A DNA stretch of 64,000 nt from Zootoca vivipara. Taxonomy: Eukaryota. The stretch covers positions 88,226,001-88,290,000 of the forward strand of contig NC_083277.1 of the NCBI RefSeq assembly GCF_963506605.1, read 5' to 3'. The notes below the pieces were generated by a model. The model saw nothing but the letters and a program-made list of their open reading frames with translations. It did no database searches and had not been told where the DNA came from. Shown in pieces: positions 62,004 to 64,000 of this stretch. The position numbers were made by a program, and so were the translations under genes. Position 1 is the stretch's first letter; each line of letters opens with the position of its first letter.

Positions 62004-62764
62004 AATTTAGCGTAGCTTGGTAAATAAAATTTGTGTAAAATTATAAAGAAATCATTTTAAATGGTTGCCAAGTACTTGCAGTCATATTTATTTATATATT
62101 ATACATATTTCACATTACCTGACACTTTCAGAAGGTAAAATTAAAATTCTTTGGTTTTCCCAAGAACAGCTTATTTGCTTCTTAATCAAATGTAGACTAG
62201 CCAAGCTAAATGTTGTCCAATCACAAATATAGCTGATTTGAATTCCTCACACCCAAAACCCACATTTTTAAGATCCATCACTGAAGAAATTTACAAAAAC
62301 TAAGTTTCACCCCCTAAAATGACACACCTTACTGGGATCCAGGGTTCGAATCCCACTTAGCCATGAAGCTCACTGGGGGACCTTGGGCCAGTCACTGCCT
62401 GTCAAGTCTAACCTACCTCACAGGGTTGTTATGATGATTAAATGGGGAGAAGGAGAAACAGGTAGATCACTTTGAGATCCCTGGGGGGAAAAAGGTCGTA
62501 TAGAAATGTAATAAATAAATAGGTAGGTAGATAGATAGCCTGAAAATGTGTAACTTAGAAACCTGTACCACAAGTTTTTATTTGAACAAAAGTCTGGTAC
62601 TTCCATCATTTTGAGATGCTCAATAGAAGATAGTGTTTCAATCTCACACACCAGATCTAGATATAATAAGGAAGACGTATCAGTTGCTTACCCAACATAC
62701 ATTCTAAACGATGTTTTACTTGTAGACTTGGAGCAAAGTCTCTCCTCATTGCAGAGGGGAGGGG

Positions 62765-63270
62765 TTGTAAATGGAAGTCACTCCCGCGTTGGCAAGGGGG
62801 CGTGTCAGCCCCTTGCCTTACCTGCCCTTGCTGCTGAGCCACGCCTCCAGTAGCCAAACAAAAGGGCTGGCGCTGGGGTGGGGTTTAGCTGCACTTAATG
62901 CAGCCGCGGCAGTTCCCTGCCTCCATTTTGCACCAGGTTTCCCATCTTTAGGGTGTTCCATTAAAGGAATCCGGCGGTCGTGGATCCCGTCCGATGCCCT
63001 GCTGGTGGCTAGGGCCATGGCACGACCCCCAGTGGCATCAGGGGGAGCTTCCAGTTGTATTTGCATCAACAGGCTCCACCTTCGGGTTGTTAACCTTTGA
63101 TGACTCCACGCTGAGCGGGGGAAGTCATCTAGTCTGTTCATTCCAATGCCTAGGCCAATACCACTCACATGCTGTAACCAATAAAGTTGTGGCCTTTTCA
63201 CCCATTAACTTAAACATTGTGTCCCTGTGTCTTTATTTCCTCAAGCGGGTGGCGGGTTCTTGAATCACAA
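62765..63270 (+). mobile_element. Member of the same repeat family (copy C)
   Basis: GGGG|TTGT...TCACAA; motifs at 62956-62972, 63143-63158 and 63180-63194. Confidence 0.65.
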
Positions 63271-64000
63271 GCTGATTTATTTTTTTCAAGTTCTTGGAAA
63301 GATCGTACTGGGATAGTTTAAACACCAAAAGCTAAAGAAGTTTGAATTTAAATTAATGGCTGCAAATACTAGAAATGGAATCCCCCCCCCAACACACAAA
63401 AATGGTAGAGCTCAAAAAAGAATGAAATACAAAACTCTTTCCAGAGAAAAGCACAGGAGAGAGTTGCTTGCCTTTCCTACATAAATTTCAGAGTTCCTTC
63501 CCTGCTTTCTTCCTGTCTTATCAGAATAACTTGCATATAGCCAAGGTAGGTTCACCCATGAGGCAAGGCAAGGCAAGGCCGCAGGAATGGCTGTGGCACC
63601 CCCCTTGGTGGCTGGCTCTGCAGCCTCTTGAGCAGCCGCTGCTGGTCTCTTCCCACCCCTAGGGAGTGGGGGGTGCCTTCTGACGTTTTCTGAGCTCTGC
63701 ACCTGTCTCGTGTGATTCAGAGCGGGCTCCTTCCCCACCCCCATGGCAGCTTTTGATTCCCACTTCAACTATTGGGTAGGGGTGATTTAATCCCCAACCC
63801 CTGTTCCAACTGTAGATCTTAACTCTGCCCCCGTTCCTAATGTAGATCTTCACTCACACCTTCTTTCTTGGCAGGAGGCCGGACACCATTTTGTGGTTCA
63901 CCTCAGGTGCCAAAATGTCTTATGCCAACCTGGCATGTGGTTAAATACCCAAAAGGAGCATGTGCTTCTGAATGCCAGTTGCTAGAAATTGCAAGTGGGG

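Overview
Squamate (lizard-like, probably lacertid; inferred from Sauria SINEs, BovB and the MITE content) genomic DNA from the fast skeletal myosin heavy chain cluster. It holds one complete, intact adult-fast-type MYH gene on the + strand: TATA 26309, two non-coding exons, 38 coding exons from 30502 to 54019 summing to 5841 nt (1946 aa plus stop), one GC-AG intron, and a poly(A) signal at 54118. The promoter and non-coding exons 1-2 of the next tandem MYH gene follow (59090-59602); its coding exons lie beyond the window. The first 26 kb has no recognisable coding exons and contains muscle-enhancer-like motif clusters. Transposable elements are dense: L1, L2, BovB, Sauria and other tRNA SINEs, hAT, Tc1/mariner and PIF MITEs, and a young Penelope-like element with a minimal hammerhead ribozyme. 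Most notable: (i) a TSD-less GGG|TTG...CAA repeat family, one copy of which carries four tandem hairpins with compensatory base changes between constant linkers; (ii) the Penelope hammerhead and an 87-bp mini-insertion of the same 3' end; (iii) a poly-Gly-expanded actin-binding loop 2 and a possible alternative in-frame donor in loop 1. All coordinates were read by eye and no database searches were run.
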